DNA of 27,917 nucleotides from assembly GCA_038279365.1 (NCBI GenBank), contig JAYODI010000009.1, positions 1 through 27,917 on the forward strand, given 5' to 3'. Below are positions 26,210 through 27,917 of the stretch, piece by piece. The stretch comes from Candidatus Latescibacterota bacterium. Its GTDB lineage: Bacteria > Latescibacterota > UBA2968. The translations under genes and the position numbers were made by a program. Under the pieces are notes generated by a model. The model did not search any database and was not told the origin of the DNA. It saw only the letters and a program-made list of their open reading frames with translations. Positions within the stretch are counted from its first letter, which is position 1. Each line of letters starts with the position of its first letter.

Positions 26210-27654
26210 ACCACGCCGCCGCCATCAAAGAACCGCTCCAACGCCTGTTGGTCCAAATTCCTCAGGCCGATCATCCCACCATTGGGCAAGCCTATCACTT
26301 GGCCAATGCCAGCCACGAAGGACAAAACCGCGATCAAGGACAACCCTTTATCACACACCCTATTGGTGTGGCCCTCATCTTGGCAACTGAGTTGGGCTTT
26401 GCACGCGACACAGACATGATGACCGCTGCGTTGTTACACGATGCCGTTGAAGATTCGGCACTCACCCTCGACGACATTGAACCCATGTTTGGAAAAACAA
26501 TCTGCGATTTGGTCAGTGGGGTCACCAAAGTGGCTTCGGGCGTCAAACACAACCGTGAAGCACGAAGAGCAGCCACATTACAACATCTTTTTACCGCAGC
26601 TCACAAAGACCCACGAGTGCTCATTCTCAAATTGGCAGACCGCGTACACAACATGCGCAGCATTGAAGGCATTAAAGAACACAAACGCCGCAGACGCATT
26701 GCACAAGAAACTGCCGATGTGTATGCCCCTCTTTCGCACTTTTTGGGCATGAGTCGCATTCGGCGCGAGCTTGAAGATCGCAGTTTGCGATGTATAGAAC
26801 CCAAAGTAATCGAGCGCATAGAGACCGACCTGGCAGATGACCCACCCGCACATTTTTGCGAGTTTCGCGATTGTGTTTATGAAGTCCTTCAACAAAGATC
26901 TGTGCGAACCAGTGTGCGCCTCTTTGCCAAAAGCCAGTCGAGCATTTATCGCAAAATGCAAAAAAACAATATCGCCCCCAAAGACATTCACGATCGTTTT
27001 GCCATTGAAGTTATCGTTTCATCACAAGACGTCTGTTACTTAAGTTTGGGCATACTTCATGCCCATTTTCCACCCGTGATGGATCGCATCAAAGACTTTA
27101 TTGCACTCCCCAAGCGCAATGGATACAAAGCTCTTCATACCCACGTACATTACAAGGGAAAACGCTACGAAATACACATCCAAACCCCATCCATGCACCG
27201 CATGGGTGAATTGGGTGTGGCCACATTGCGTGGCGATGAAGAACACGAAGAACGCCGAATGAAATGGCTTTATGACCTGGCCGACTGGCACGATCAGGCA
27301 GGCTCATCCAAACAATTGCTCAACGAACTCAAACAACTCCTTTTCACCCGTGAAATTGTGGCATTTACACCCAAAGGCGATCCCATTGTATTACCAGAAG
27401 GCGCTACCGTTGTCGATTTTGCCTTTGCCGTTCACTCCGATTTGGGGTTGCACTGCAAAGGCGGTCGCATCAATGGGGTTCGCGCATTTCCCTTTTCAAG
27501 CCTCAATTGGGGAGACTCTGTTGAAATTGCCATCTCTCTTACGCAACACCCCAAACGACATTGGTTGCGCCAAGTCAAAACGTTTCGTGCCAGACGCGCC
27601 ATTCGACGTTACCTTAAAATAGAAACCGACACCCTCTCCGATGCGGCAACTTAA
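26206..27654 (+). CDS. RelA/SpoT homologue, 482 aa: HD hydrolase, degenerate synthetase, TGS; lacks ZFD and ACT/RRM
   Basis: HEGQNR..G.PF..HP, LLHDAVED, KLADRVHNMR; TGS 'FTPKG..LPEGATVVDFAFAVHSDLG'. ATGA overlap with the dinG stop at 26206-26209. Confidence 0.92.
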   Translation: MNHAAAIKEPLQRLLVQIPQADHPTIGQAYHLANASHEGQNRDQGQPFITHPIGVALILATELGFARDTDMMTAALLHDAVEDSALTLDDIEPMFGKTICDLVSGVTKVASGVKHNREARRAATLQHLFTAAHKDPRVLILKLADRVHNMRSIEGIKEHKRRRRIAQETADVYAPLSHFLGMSRIRRELEDRSLRCIEPKVIERIETDLADDPPAHFCEFRDCVYEVLQQRSVRTSVRLFAKSQSSIYRKMQKNNIAPKDIHDRFAIEVIVSSQDVCYLSLGILHAHFPPVMDRIKDFIALPKRNGYKALHTHVHYKGKRYEIHIQTPSMHRMGELGVATLRGDEEHEERRMKWLYDLADWHDQAGSSKQLLNELKQLLFTREIVAFTPKGDPIVLPEGATVVDFAFAVHSDLGLHCKGGRINGVRAFPFSSLNWGDSVEIAISLTQHPKRHWLRQVKTFRARRAIRRYLKIETDTLSDAAT

Positions 27655-27657
27655 AAA

Positions 27658-27917
27658 ATGAGCTCTATTGTGTTCAAATATTTCCTTGTCCTTTTTTTAC
27701 TGATATTATCTGCTTGTGCTTCCCAAACAGAACACCAAGAACAACAAATTCGCGTGAGCAAGGCATACACCACACTGCAACAAGAACAAATCTATCTCCA
27801 AACCCTGCGGGATAGCCTTCCGATTAAAATTCAGCAAAACATCAAACTGGGCTTGCCACCAGAACAAGCCGAGTCCGTAGAAAAAGCCTTGATCAATATG
27901 CAAGAAACCGTTGTCAA
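27658..27917 (+). CDS. putative lipoprotein, truncated by the window end
   Basis: MSSIVFKYFLVLFLLILSAC-ASQTEHQ...; lipobox LSAC; starts 3 nt after the RSH stop and stays open to the window edge. Confidence 0.75.
   Translation, partial: MSSIVFKYFLVLFLLILSACASQTEHQEQQIRVSKAYTTLQQEQIYLQTLRDSLPIKIQQNIKLGLPPEQAESVEKALINMQETVV

Noticed and set aside
26206-27654. toxSAS toxin-antitoxin module
   Set aside because: The synthetase motifs are degenerate, the hydrolase is in the same chain, and a TGS domain is present.
168-27903. Numerous antisense or nested ORFs in the track (e.g. 1450-1962, 2368-2862, 10792-11382, 11617-12129, 24704-25165, 27706-27903)
   Set aside because: They overlap well-supported genes and lack motifs or SD signals, so they are treated as shadow ORFs.

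Overview
A bacterial chromosomal window, mostly coding on the minus strand. I found no CRISPR array, rRNA, integrase or transposase. From left to right it holds: (i) a probable cAMP-signalling cluster (secreted 710-aa repeat protein, unlisted 42-aa membrane ORF, soluble GAF-GAF class III adenylate cyclase, DUF2628-like protein, frameshifted acidic ORF, stand-alone cNMP-binding protein); (ii) an AT-richer accessory patch of small membrane genes and an SDR pseudogene beside tRNA-Thr(UGU); (iii) housekeeping genes (ddl, dedA-family, ispDF, queA, frameshifted DUF2905-like) interleaved with sugar-acid catabolic genes (enolase-superfamily dehydratase, lactonase-like amidohydrolase, KduD-like SDR, Zn-dehydrogenase); (iv) a 1922-aa beta-propeller hybrid histidine kinase with a PDZ-like insert; and (v) a plus-strand operon of exonuclease-DinG helicase, a shortened RelA/SpoT homologue with a degenerate synthetase site, and a lipoprotein. 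Several gene relics keep only their 3' ends, including a chemoreceptor tail. All family assignments come from motif recognition by eye; no searches were run.
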